The notes under the pieces are model-generated. The model was given only the letters and a program-made list of their open reading frames with translations, was not told the origin of the DNA and ran no database searches. From positions 1-64,000 of the forward strand of contig JAUCBJ010002639.1 of NCBI GenBank assembly GCA_032718475.1: DNA of 64,000 nucleotides, given 5' to 3'. Positions 1-11,523 of this stretch are shown here, in pieces; positions within the stretch are counted from its first letter, which is position 1, and every line of letters begins with the position of its first letter. The translations under genes and the position numbers were made by a program. Source of the DNA: Nemertoderma westbladi (taxonomy: Eukaryota; Animalia; Xenacoelomorpha).

Positions 1-2620
1 ATAGTCGTCGTGAATGAAGACGACTTGGCCCCCATGTTCTGTACTACCATCTTATATGCTGGTATTATCGGCGGTTCTTCTTCGCCGTTATACCATAAGA
101 AGCGTTGACTGTCGCTGTCTTCTTCCGTTACACGGACTTGGTTGAACATGCCTTCTATGTCACACGTGAAGGCGTGTTTCCCATTTCGAAATCTAAGTAA
201 CACCTCTATGCCCGAATTGTAAATGTTTGGGCCTTCTAACAGGTAGTCGTTTAAGCACTTTCCGTCGGTCTTTGCCGATGCGTCGACTACCATCCTTAGT
301 TTACCTTTCTTTGGATCTAAAGCCACGTGCAGTGGCAGGTAATATGTTCTATCCGTGTTCGGCTCGTCGACCGGTAACTCCACGGCCCATCCTTTCTCGA
401 CGTACTTCTTAATCGTCCTGTGGATGTACTCATTCTTCTCGGGGCTCCGTTTTAGTGTTTGTTTCAGCTTGCGGAGTCTCGTGAGTACCATCCCCCTATT
501 GTCGGGTAACGGTATCTTCGGTAGTTTCCATACCATTCCTATAGTATACCGTCCCTCATCGCACGTCATTGATTCCTCCACGCTTTGTAATGCCTGTTTG
601 TCTTCTACCGAGGTCCCGACCCCGGTTTCTTTCAGTCCCTCGAAATCTTGTCTGAGCAGTCTTTTGAGCTGCTCCTCTGCTCCCTCGTCACTCATTTCCT
701 GCATTGTTCCCGCGAACATGCATCCTGATGTCTCCGACATCCTAAATGGTATCTTGCTCTTGATTGGACCACTCAGTGTCCACCCGAATGGTGTTAATAT
801 GGCCACCGGGTCACTCTGCTTGTCTTCGCCGAAGACCGTTTGCATTCTTTCGTGGGCTGTTGGGCAGTCCATACCTACTATGATGGATACCTTCCTAACG
901 TCCACGTCTGGGATTGAGAAGTCAATGTTGTCCAGGAATTTGTACTGCTCAACCTCGATGTTGGTTGGCCGCCTGGCATTGATATTAATTGACTCTATCA
1001 CTTGAATGGGGTCGATAGTTGCCCCATAGTCGCATCCTGGTGCCACTGCTGCAATTGCGCACCGTCCTGTTCTCATCTCCAGGATCTCATCTTTGCTAGA
1101 GATGGTTGTTACCGCCATCCTGCTTGGCCTCGTTCTCAACCCTATCTCCTCGGCCACCCATTCCTCGACTAATGTGAAGGCAGCTCCACTATCAACCAGC
1201 ATTAGTGTTGTTACTGATCGATTGCCTTCCCCGATCACTCGTACTGGTACTACTCCAAGTAGCACCGTTCCTCTCTTCTTCGCCCCTACTGTGCTCGTCG
1301 CCATCGTTTGGCCTCTCCTTTGACCAAATTTCATTGGCTTCTCCTTACACTCCCTTGCTCTATGTCCACTCATTACACATCGCGAGCAGATTTTATTGCT
1401 GAACGCATAATCTATCTGATCTTGCCTAGGTAGCGCCTGCCAGTACCTGCAGTTCATAGTTTGATGAAGCGCATTTGCGTGTAGCTGACATTTGCTCTTT
1501 GGGTCGTAGCCTTCTTTATAGAGTGCATTGCGTATCGCAGTTGCGTTCGTGCCAAAGTCCCTACTATTCTTATTGTTTGGGTTTTGCCGATTGGACGTAC
1601 TGGGGTTATGTTTATTCGTGTTATTATTATTTCCCTGTCCGTTCCATGATGTTGTCTTATTCTCGGCTAGCTGTGGACTTGCAGTCCCCTGCGTCGCTGC
1701 ATATGGCAATGATTGCCTAAGTTTCGGTAATGCGTTCGATGTGTTGTGCTCTGGTTTCGGTCTATGGTAGTCTGTCTTCGGTCCCTTTCCCAGGCTGTCT
1801 TCGCTATAGACTGGGTCAGTTATTAGTTCAGCCTCGTAGTTTAAGAAGTTTGACATTTCTTCTAAACCCGGTTCCGCACCCTTCTTATCTCGAGTAGAGA
1901 AGGCGATTTTCCTCCACTTGTTGCGCAGCCAGTTTGGTAGTGCCTGCGCTATCGTGGTGATGTTGTTGGACGCATTGAGCTCGTACGGCGCGTCTAGCGT
2001 CTTCAGCACGATTAGCGCCTTTTCGACTTTGTTAGCGAACGTCTTAATGCTAACGGGATTATCCTGTAGGCCACCCGATGTTATGCCTCTCAGCGTCTGC
2101 CTGATGATCTTGGCCGGGTGCCCGTATTCCCTATCCAGTGCCCGCCATGCTGTCGTGAAGCCGCCCTCTATTCCCTGATATTGCCTCACGATGTCGTATG
2201 CTGGGCCTCCCGTGTACACTTGTAGATACTTTAGGCACTCCGCCTGCGTCAAGTTTTTTGTTAGTATTTCGTTACTATACATTCGCCGAAACTGTAAATA
2301 TTCTTCCGGCCTACTCCCATCGAACTTGAATGGTTCCACGGGTGGTAACTCGATCCTCGTTTTCAACGCATCGATCAACGTGGCCATCCCTATCGCCTGC
2401 GCTTCCAATGGATTCGATGGGTGCTGCATAGTTTCTCCTGTCTGGTGCGTTCCGTCTGTCCTATTTCTTGACTTTCTCTGGCTTGGGTATGTCATCGGGG
2501 GTAGCGGCCCCCTCCATATATCTGTGTCACACGACCTGTTTTCGTCCAAGGGTCTCGTTGTTCTTGCTACTATCGGGGTATATTGTTGATATTGTGATGG
2601 GGGAATGTCACCCTGTCCCC
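1..2620 (-). CDS. BEL/Pao gag-pol core (gag DUF1759, Zn knuckles, aspartic protease, RT N-half); open off the window edge
   Basis: Manual translation: LPPVEPFKFDGSRPEEYLQF, CSRCVMSGHRAREC, LVDSGAAFTLV, YYLPLH..KLRMVVDASA..CLNDYLLEGP, FTCDIEGMFNQV..SQRFLW. Absent from the ORF track because there is no stop within the window. Confidence 0.9.
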
Positions 2621-5600
2621 CCCCCCCACCGGTATGTTTGGTACTGGGGTTGATGTTAATATGTTGGGGCCCATGCACCTATCCGCAATAATTCCCCCCT
2701 CCCCTGGGTATATGTTATGTCCCTGCATGCTGTAGTCATACTGCTGTGCTGGTACCGGTATAGGCCTATCAGCTTCTGGCCTACCCGCCGGTATGTATTC
2801 CGCGACTTCCGGGTTTAATCCCGTTGTCCACGCTATCCTATCGTCTACATTGCCTCTCTCAGTATGGCCTACGGTATGTGCAGTAAGGCCTACAGTATGT
2901 CCTACAGTCTGCATGTGTTGTTCGGGATCGAAGTTTATTCTTCTCGAATAATCCTCCCCGCGGCTACCGTATTCTCGATCGATAGGTGTATTCCGTCGGA
3001 AAGTTTCTCTTCGACCCCCCCCCTCTACTGTTCTCATCTTCGTACCGGTACATCGCGTACCCCTCTCTCGGCGCGTAGTGCGCCTCGCCGGGTCGCATCT
3101 CTCCGGGGCGACGGCAATCTCCCGGAGTCCGACCCCACTGACTCTCCGTTCTCATCTCAACCACCGACGGCTCGCTATCCGTCCTCGCTCTTCTATCGTT
3201 CGCGGCGATACCTCTACTACTGTCTTCTCTTCTTCTCCTTTCAGTGGAGTATTCCCGCTCGTGAGATCTCTCGTCGACCTCCCGGTTAAACCCCACTGTT
3301 CTTCTTCCCTCTTCTGATCGGGCTCGACGCTTCGTCCGCCCTCTTACGACGTCAACCTGTCTCTCTCTGCTCGGTCGCACGCCGCTGGGGATACTCGCAA
3401 TCCCCCTATTACTTTCCGTCGCCGGTTGTTGCGGTTTACCTATTTCGGCCCTCGCATTATCCGCTGACGGCTGTGGGACACTCTCTGCCCCCCCCCTTTC
3501 GCCGCTAACTCGCTGTTGTGGGGTTCTCGTAGCCCCCCCCCCATTCGCCACATCTAACTTCGCTACTCCTCACCCCGCTACTATATCCCTCTCCAGTCGA
3601 CACATCAAGCCTACCGCGGTCGGGTCTATTCACCCCCGCCCCTCCCTCTGCTATTGCGTGGCCTACCAGGCCCTCTACTCCCTGCCTACCAACTATGTGG
3701 CCTACCAGGCCCTCGCTGGGTCTACCTAACCCAGCCACTCCCTGCCTACCAACTGCGTGGCCTACCAGGCCCTCGCTGGGTCTACCTAACCCAGCCACTC
3801 CTTGCCTACCAACTACGTGGCCTACCAGGCCCTCGTCTGTCTGACCACACACGCCCGACGTATTTACATTAATAGCACCCGTATTGGAAACGGAATTAAT
3901 TTGTCCGTTCGAGATAAAATCACTTGGATTATATTGCGCGACTACACTATCTGAATTATTTTGTAAATTCGGGCTTGGATCATTATTTAAATTATTTGGA
4001 TTATTCTGCGTAATCGCGTTATTTAAATTATTTTGTAGGTTCGAATTTGGGTTATTACTTTGATTGATTGGATTATTTTGCGTAGCTACATTAATATTAG
4101 AATTATTTTCTACATTAATACTAGGGACGTTCTGATTTAAATTTAAATTACTACCACTAGGTAAAGTATTTCCTGCAATAAAGGTTTGATTAGAGTTGTC
4201 CCATACGGTACTATTAATATTAACCACGTCTACTGTACCATTATCATTATTACCCCCCCCGCCCGTACGGTCGCGCCAGTTTTGAGTCTGTCGTGCGGTC
4301 CCTGTCAGTGGGGTATCAATAAATGTATCTACGGCCCCCGGCTCCCCAAAAATACTCGAGCCGGCCCCGCTTTCAGACGGCGACGCTTGCACCAGTTGCA
4401 ACTCGTGCGCCCGTCTAATCTTATCTTCCGCAAGCACATTCTGGCGTCTCTTTAATTCCTTTTGCTCTCGTTCAGCCTCTGCCATTCTCCTCTCACACTC
4501 CTGGGTGTCCTGGGCGGCCGACTCCGCCACACTCCTAATGCTCTCCCTTCGTCTCACCTCGCGCTCCTTGCGTTCCTTTTCCCTTCTCGCCTCATATTCC
4601 TTGCGTTCCGCCTCACGCTCTTTGCGTTCCGCCTCACGCTCTTTGCGTTCCGCCTCACGCTCTTCGCGTTCCCTATCCTCCCTCGCCTCACGCTCCCTAC
4701 ACTCCTTTTCTTCTATTTCCTCACACTCCCTAAGGCTTCTCAAAGTCCTTTCGGCCCTCTCTCCGGTTTCTCTAATCAATGCCGCTTCCCTCGCTAACCG
4801 CACTCTCCCCTCCTCTAACCGTTCCTCCATTTCCCTCTGACCTTGTTCTACCATGCTGAGACGGTATGCGGCACCTATCTCTCTCACCACTCTTTCTTTC
4901 GCGGAGGATGTAGCAGACTTATCAGTTACAGCGGACCCCCTCCGCCTTCCCGACCTACTAACTTTCCCCCGCTTCCCGGAACTTTCTCCGACCGACGAGG
5001 CCGAATCCTCGGGGTTAACCTCGGATCCGCCCCCCTCGGGTCCCCTCCAACCCACTAATTTTACTCCCCGGGCATCGACCAAGTATGGCCCTATGTACAC
5101 TGGCGCTACGCTAGGTTCCATACTCCCACACTCCCATAGTTCAAACAGTTCGCCGGCAACCCCTTTTGCTCTCTCCTCGGCTAGTTCTCTCTGCCCAAAA
5201 CGTATTAGGTAATTAAAGTGTCTATCCGACTCACCTAGTCGCTTTCTCAGTCTCACCTCGTCTACCTTCGCCCCTTCCTTCTTGGCGTCCTTCATCAGCT
5301 TCCGGGTCGCGTTGTAGGCCCGTCGAAGTCGCTCTGAAACCCCGACGTCCTCGTCGCCGACCTCTCATCCGTCCCTCCGGGTTCGACGTCGTACCGGCGG
5401 CTCCACTGTTGCCGTTCCGGTGGGCCGTCCATCGCCCTCGGCCTGTAGCTGGCCGGCGACATCGGTACCGATGTCTCCTCCGTCTCTTCGCGTCCGGCGT
5501 CGCACCGTCGGCCCCACCGTCGCCGTTTCGGTGGGCCGCTCGTCGCCCTCGGCCTGTAGCTGGCCGGCGACATCGGTGCGCCGATCTCCGTCCCGTGTCG

Positions 5601-5802
5601 ACTCATCTCCGTCTTCCTCCGTCTCGCTCTCCCTTCCTCTCGGCTCGACCTCTTGTTCCAGGCTCCCCTCGTCTTGAATTTCCGGTTCGCCCGTTATCGA
5701 TGGCTCCGGTGTCGTGGGTCTGTATCGCCTGGTTGCGGCCTCACGGATCGTTTGGTCTTCGTCCGGGGTCCGCGTCGGTGTCGTGTCACCTGACTGACTC
5801 AT
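2570..5802 (-). pseudogene. Long low-complexity N-terminal gag region of element 1, broken by one TGA (5365) and three frameshifts in G runs
   Basis: ORFs 5365..5802 and 3505..5295 are in the same frame, separated by a single stop. Frame switches occur at the homopolymers near 3535, 3015 and 2620. Contains an EREAERK coiled coil, an Asn-rich tract and 60-bp GLVGHAVGRQG repeats. Confidence 0.75.
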
Positions 5803-5972
5803 CCTCTTCTGCAGGTTTCGGTGGCTAGTGGTTATCGAGTTTTATCTGGGGCGGCAGCTGGTTTTAGTTACTTTTACAGTTTAGCTAGGGCGGCAGCTCG
5901 ATTTTAGTTACTGTGACGGGATCCAGGAGGGATCCCGATTTATCCGGTATTTTAGTTTACGCGTCCCCGCCG

Positions 5973-6440
5973 TGTATAAAGAGTAAACGAAACGGTGAAT
6001 GAGTTCTGATGTTCGGTGTATAATAATCGATGGGTATAGATATAGATATAGGTATGTGGAAGGCGGGATACGGTAACTAAAAGTCCCGTGCTCCCCTATC
6101 TAAACTAACTAACCTAAGCTAGCACTACTGCACTTGAGATAACTGAATTACTGATTAATAGGTTACTGATTATATTACACGGTTGGCCTAATTACTACCT
6201 AATCGATGCCTTGCCCCCCTCTGATTGGTTGATACCCTTGTTGGCGCCCCGTGGAGTGTTCCCGTTCACTCCACCTGTTCTCTCTGGGTTAGGGGTTTGG
6301 CCCCTGACCCTCTATTGTGTGCTTCCTTCCCACTCTTATTGGGATGGCACGAGTTGGTTAACTATCCAATCTCGTGGCTCCCAATATTGCTTATCGGCTT
6401 ACAACTTTATGGGGTGTTAGCGGGATTGGATAAGCTAACA
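5973..6440 (-). repeat. 5' LTR of BEL element 1 (inner boundary uncertain: 5973 or 6010)
   Basis: TG..CA termini, several CCAAT/ATTGG boxes, non-coding, located upstream of gag. No second copy in the window. Confidence 0.6.
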
Positions 6441-9400
6441 TGCACCAATGAAGCACCAATGAAGTTTGTTCCCTTATCAGATCTCATCGTGTTACTAGTG
6501 CCAAAGCGAGCGATCTGTCGTCGTAAGCTTAATAGAAAGCTGTTGGTAGATAAATCGTTCACCATATCGAGATGGATGGCTCTACAAGTCATACAAACAA
6601 AGATTACACACCATCTCTTGACTATAGTCCTAGCACGATATACTTCAATAGGGCCAAATAAATCCACACCGGTATTAGTAAAGGGTGGTTCATAAAAGCT
6701 TACTCGTTCCCTAGGTAATTCTGCCTCTCTCTGTGTTAAAGGCCTACTGAATGCTTTCCTACAGGGTATACAGTTCCTAAGAACTTGGTTCAGAGCTCTA
6801 CGGGGTTTATAAAAATAATAGCGAGTTCGAATTTCGCTAAGAACTCGTTCTCTACCAGCATGATAAAGTTTGCTGTGAACATCTACAATCATCTTGACTT
6901 GTATTTCAAGATTTCTAATGAGTATGGGGAACTTAGTATCAAAGGATAATGGGGCATTCGTTAACCTTCCTCCAACACGTATCAACCCATCTATCATTGT
7001 GCTAGAGAAACGATCCCTTAAGCGCATCTGTGGATTTCTCAACAACAGGAAATACTTATCGGAATCTTCATAGCATTGTAAGAGTCTCAGCATCTGTTTG
7101 TTGGTTTCTTCATGCTCCTGATAACTGATCTTCTCCTTCAGAAACCTGTCGGGTATCTTATATTTGGGAAGATCTTTAATAACATGGACCTGCACTGATG
7201 TGATTGGAGCGGTATCACCCTTTGTTTTCATCCCAGAGTAGTGATGGTGAAAACATCTCTTTAAATATGTAACGGCCTTACAGAGCCGATTCCAGGAACT
7301 GTAGTGATGTATCGCTCTCTGCAGAAGAGGTGAGAGTCCTTGCGAGACGTCTGGTATGCCAGATTTCCAATCCTTATCACGGATTTCCACATCGGGTTTA
7401 TTTGTGGCTGTGGGTTTCTGATCCAAAGCGTCGTCTCCGGAAGTATGTAGGACAGACAGATCTACTGTGGGTTTGAATAACTTCGATTTACTCGCCTGAG
7501 TTTTAGGTTTGACTTTCTCCGCTCCCTTGGCCTGTCTAATCTCTGCTGTAGTAAGATGAGGAGGCCATTCTTCTTCTTCTTTGTAGAGGAAGTCGGGTCC
7601 ACCTAACCAGTCTGGAGTATCTACCAGTTCTTGTGGAGTTGCTCCCCTGGAAGCGATGTCCGCTGGATTAATCGTTCCGGGGCAATGTCTCCATTGATCC
7701 ATCGTCGTGCGACTGAGTATAATAGCTACTCTGTTGGTAACGAAGACGCTGAACTGACAGACTTCATTGGTGATATACTCCAACACGAGTAAAGCGTCGG
7801 TCCAATAGACAGTTTTCTCCAGGGGATAGTCGATCTGTTCTGTTACATTCCGGCCGATGGCTGTAGCGTATAGAGCCGCTTTTAACTCCGCTCGAGGAAC
7901 TTTCAACTTGTTGTTTATCAATGCCTTAGAGGTAACCAAGGCGACTTTGATTCCGTCCGGAGTTTCCACCCTTAGGTAGGCTACTATACCGATTCCCATA
8001 TCGCTGGCGTCTCCAAACACATGGAGTTGATATGAATACGTAGGGAGAACATGACCAAAATATGAACGGGAAATTATAAAGTTTTCGATGGCTGGTAGAG
8101 AATCTTCCCATTTCATCCACTTCTTTAATAATTCTCCCTTAAGTGGATCGTCCCATGAGTGGTTTTCAAGCCACATTTGTTGTACTAAACTCCGAGCAAT
8201 CAATATAACTGGGCTAATAAATCCCAATGGATCGAAATAAGTGCTCAGGATACTTAAACAAATCCGTTTAGTCCGAACTGGATTATCTCGCTGTTTTAAT
8301 TGGAAAAACAGGATATCTCTTTCTGTGTCCCATTTCAAACCAAGGGTCTTAGTTTCTGGGAGATCATCCTTTATTAGATCTAGGTCTTTTGCTCCTCGAT
8401 CTTCTACCGGGATCGACTCCAGAAACTCACGGGAGTTGCTAGTGAATTTAGTTAATCGAAATCCACCTTTCTTTAAGCATTCTACCGTTCCTTTAGCGAC
8501 CTCAATGGCTTCTTCGACTGATGGAAGGGACTTCAGATTATCGTCCATGTAGATGTCTCGTTTGATATTGTCGATCACCTCTTTAGAGAAGGCGTCTCGG
8601 TTGTCATCCGCAGTGGTGCGCACCACGGAACAGGCGTTTGAAGGGCTCGAGATTATCCCAAAGGCTTGGATGGTCATCCAGTACTCCACCGGTTTCTTGT
8701 TGAGGTCTCCTTCAGGCCACCACAAAAATCGTAGGCTATCTCGATCCCTATCCAGCGCTTTGACTTGTAAGAACATGCCTTCTATATCTGAGGCGAAAGC
8801 AATGGAATATTGTCTTAATCTTAATAGTATTCCCAACAAGGATTGGAGTAAGTTGGGTCCGGGTAACAATTCAGAATTAAGAGATTGGCCCATATAAAGG
8901 GCGGAACCGTCAAACACCACTCGTACTTCATGGGGTTTACCGGGTTTGGGAACGTAATGGTGAGTTAAATAATACGTTCTCTCAGTTATAGGTGTTTCTT
9001 CCGGTACTAGCTCCGCATATCCCTTGCTAATAAACTTCTTCAACTGCGTTTGATACATTTCTTTAGCTGAAGAATTTGCCGTAAGGCGTCGATGTAGTTG
9101 AGCAATTCTTTTCTCCGCCAAAGGTCTGTTGTTAATGAACTTTGGTTCTCGCTTTCGGAAAGGAAGTCCGATCTCATACCTACCTTGATCTTTAAGAAAA
9201 CGAGTAGTTGTCGCTTGGATCTGCTTGGCTCTTTCTTCCTCCACCGATAGGGCCTTATCGTAGGAGTTGGGCTCTACAACCTCTTGAGTAAAGAATCTTA
9301 CGGCGTGTTCATCCCGAGTCTTGGCATTATAACGTTCAATGACGTCATTAAGCTCGTCGTTATAGTCGTCTCGCTCGGATGGGAGAAGGAGTTGACATAA

Positions 9401-10100
9401 GTTCACTTGATTTTGCCAAGTCTCGCTTTCCTTAAAGAGATCGATGGCATTCTCCTCATCGAAAAGTTGATGTATATCGTCGTTGTCTGAGGAGTATGGA
9501 GTTCCCTCAGTTGGATCGTCGAACTCACTGTTCTCAACTTCCCATTCTCGCACTTGATATACCTGATCTTTCGGTAATCTTTCCATGAGAGTTCTACGGG
9601 AAGGGCCAGTAAAGTACCAACCTACTCTAGTTCTTACCGCATAGGTTTGTAGTGGCTGCGGTTGAGCAGGCCGTTTCTCCAATGTCTCGAGCGCCTCATG
9701 CGCGTTTTGGCCGATGAGTATTTGCACTCCAGGATAATCTGTCTGGAATCGAGGTATCTTAAGATGTTGGATGCTCTCATCCTCGTCCCAATTATAAAGG
9801 TCTGCTTGGGTAGTAGCGAAGTTCTTTATAGCCACCATTTTCACTGACCTTATGCTATGTTCTCCTAGTTCGTCCTGGGGGGTGGACAACGCACCTACAT
9901 AATAATCCGCTGTTACTGTAGATTTCCAAACCTGCATAATTCCTGACATGTTTAGCTTAGTTCGGAACTTGGGTTGTCCAGCAAATATGTCTTCGGCTAG
10001 CTCTTTGTCGATGAATGTTCCTGTACTACCAGAGTCAAGGAGGGCGTTCACTACATAACTCCTTTTTGGTCCGTGGACCCTTACCTGACCACAGGAAATT
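6441..10100 (-). CDS. BEL/Pao pol (protease, RT, RNase H/peptidase A17, integrase truncated by insertion)
   Basis: ALLDSGS, DIEGMFLQV, YMDD, LHVFGDAS, HHCC zinc motif, GVDLFGP, SDKGTNFIGA, then the break before the catalytic E. Confidence 0.93.
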
Positions 10101-11523
10101 CTCTAATCCCTACATTGGAAGTTGGCGCTTTCCCAAATGGTTGTCGATCAGAAGTAGTTAGAGTGAGGTCACTTTCTGTATCTTTTTCATAAGTGAGTGC
10201 ACGATACACTGCGGTATTTATCATGTAACAGGATTCGTTTTCGTCGGAGAACTCGTCCGTATAGAATCCTTCCATCTCAGATTGATATGTGTCGTTCACA
10301 TCACTGAATTGGACATGTAGTTCGGAATCACTTACCTGACTCGGACTATTTCGCTCAAATTCAGTGTGCAACAAGATATGATGTTTCGCACCGCACTTGG
10401 CACATCTTGTGTCAGAGTAACAGGTTCGCCGTTGGTGTCCTTGTCTGAGGCAATTATAACACAACCGCTTATCCCACATGACTTCACGTCTCTCAGTTAA
10501 TGATTTCTTTAGGAATTCATCACACATATTCAAGCGATGGGTCCCATCACATAGCGCACATTTCGGTTTGATGTTACTTACCTTATTTTGCGTAACATTG
10601 TGCACACTTGTTTTTTCTTCGGGCTTTCTCACCTGAATTCTCTTGGGAGATCTCCTGTCATTGGTTCGAGACTTGAATTTACTTACCTGATCTTTAGGCA
10701 TTTTATTGACATAATAAGATCTGTCAGTGTCTTTCCCGCTATCCTCTCCTTGAGAAGTCTGGCTTTCGCCGTCATCTGTATAACACACTGGTGTTACCTT
10801 TCTCCTAGAGACGGGTTTTTCACTTACCTTGTTTTCCGGTGTCTTCTCTCTGGACAGTTTTAGGAGCTGTAATTTCACTTCTCCATCTAGGAATGACATG
10901 AGATCAGCCATGGTAGGGTCTCGTCGTTGTTGTTCCATCATATATAACACTTTCTTATCCCAGCGTGTACCTACTCCACCCTTCGGTAAAGTAGAAGCCA
11001 CTGCTCTAATAACCATAGCACTCTGATACTCATGAGACTTACCTAGCCAATCTAATTGTCTGCAGATCTCCTGAATCTCATCGGAAAACTCTATAATCCC
11101 GCTGCTAATAAACTTTTGGGGCGCTACCAACTTTGCATACAAATACCCAGCTATGTTATTCCTATTACCATACCTGATGTTTAGTGTATCCCAAACTTGT
11201 CTTAATCCGTCTGGATGTCCAATAAACTTTAACGCCATTAACTTGGGAGATCCTTCCAAGCACTCGATGAGGAATCTAAGTTTCTCTCCATTAGATAGTA
11301 CAGAGTTCTGTATGTTATCTTTGTAATATTCATTAAAAGGTAACCATTTCATCTCATCTCCATTGAACTTGACGATCTCTCCCACCTTTACCGCTTGCCG
11401 GGCTTCGGTTCTAGCCATTTGACGCGTAAAACTTTCTTGGGCCATCGTGTTATTTAATATCGAGTTATCGGTGATATAAATTTCTCGGATTATGATCCGG
11501 TCTATAGGGAATATCATTATCAA
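10081..11523 (-). CDS. BEL/Pao gag core (DUF1759 + three Zn knuckles)
   Basis: KFNGDEMKWLPF..LSNGEKLRFL; CALCDGTHRLNMC, CYNCLRQGHQRRTC, CAKCGAKHHILLH. Confidence 0.92.
   Translation of the reverse strand: MIMIFPIDRIIIREIYITDNSILNNTMAQESFTRQMARTEARQAVKVGEIVKFNGDEMKWLPFNEYYKDNIQNSVLSNGEKLRFLIECLEGSPKLMALKFIGHPDGLRQVWDTLNIRYGNRNNIAGYLYAKLVAPQKFISSGIIEFSDEIQEICRQLDWLGKSHEYQSAMVIRAVASTLPKGGVGTRWDKKVLYMMEQQRRDPTMADLMSFLDGEVKLQLLKLSREKTPENKVSEKPVSRRKVTPVCYTDDGESQTSQGEDSGKDTDRSYYVNKMPKDQVSKFKSRTNDRRSPKRIQVRKPEEKTSVHNVTQNKVSNIKPKCALCDGTHRLNMCDEFLKKSLTERREVMWDKRLCYNCLRQGHQRRTCYSDTRCAKCGAKHHILLHTEFERNSPSQVSDSELHVQFSDVNDTYQSEMEGFYTDEFSDENESCYMINTAVYRALTYEKDTESDLTLTTSDRQPFGKAPTSNVGIREFPVVR

Larger units (their letters stand above)
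1..6440 (-). mobile_element. BEL/Pao LTR retrotransposon, element 1 (5' LTR + gag-pol; runs off the left edge), nested in the integrase of element 2
   Basis: Starts TGTTAGC at 6440 on the minus strand, exactly where element 2 integrase breaks. Downstream are DUF1759-type gag, Cys/His knuckles, DSG protease and BEL-type RT. Confidence 0.9.

Noticed and set aside
2615-3545. Programmed frameshifting in element 1 gag
   Set aside because: All three shifts sit in long G homopolymers and the copy also has a nonsense codon; slippage mutation or sequencing error is more likely.
10075-10105. Programmed gag-pol frameshift in element 2
   Set aside because: No clear slippery heptamer; a 2- or 5-bp insertion explains the break, and BEL elements normally have a fused ORF.
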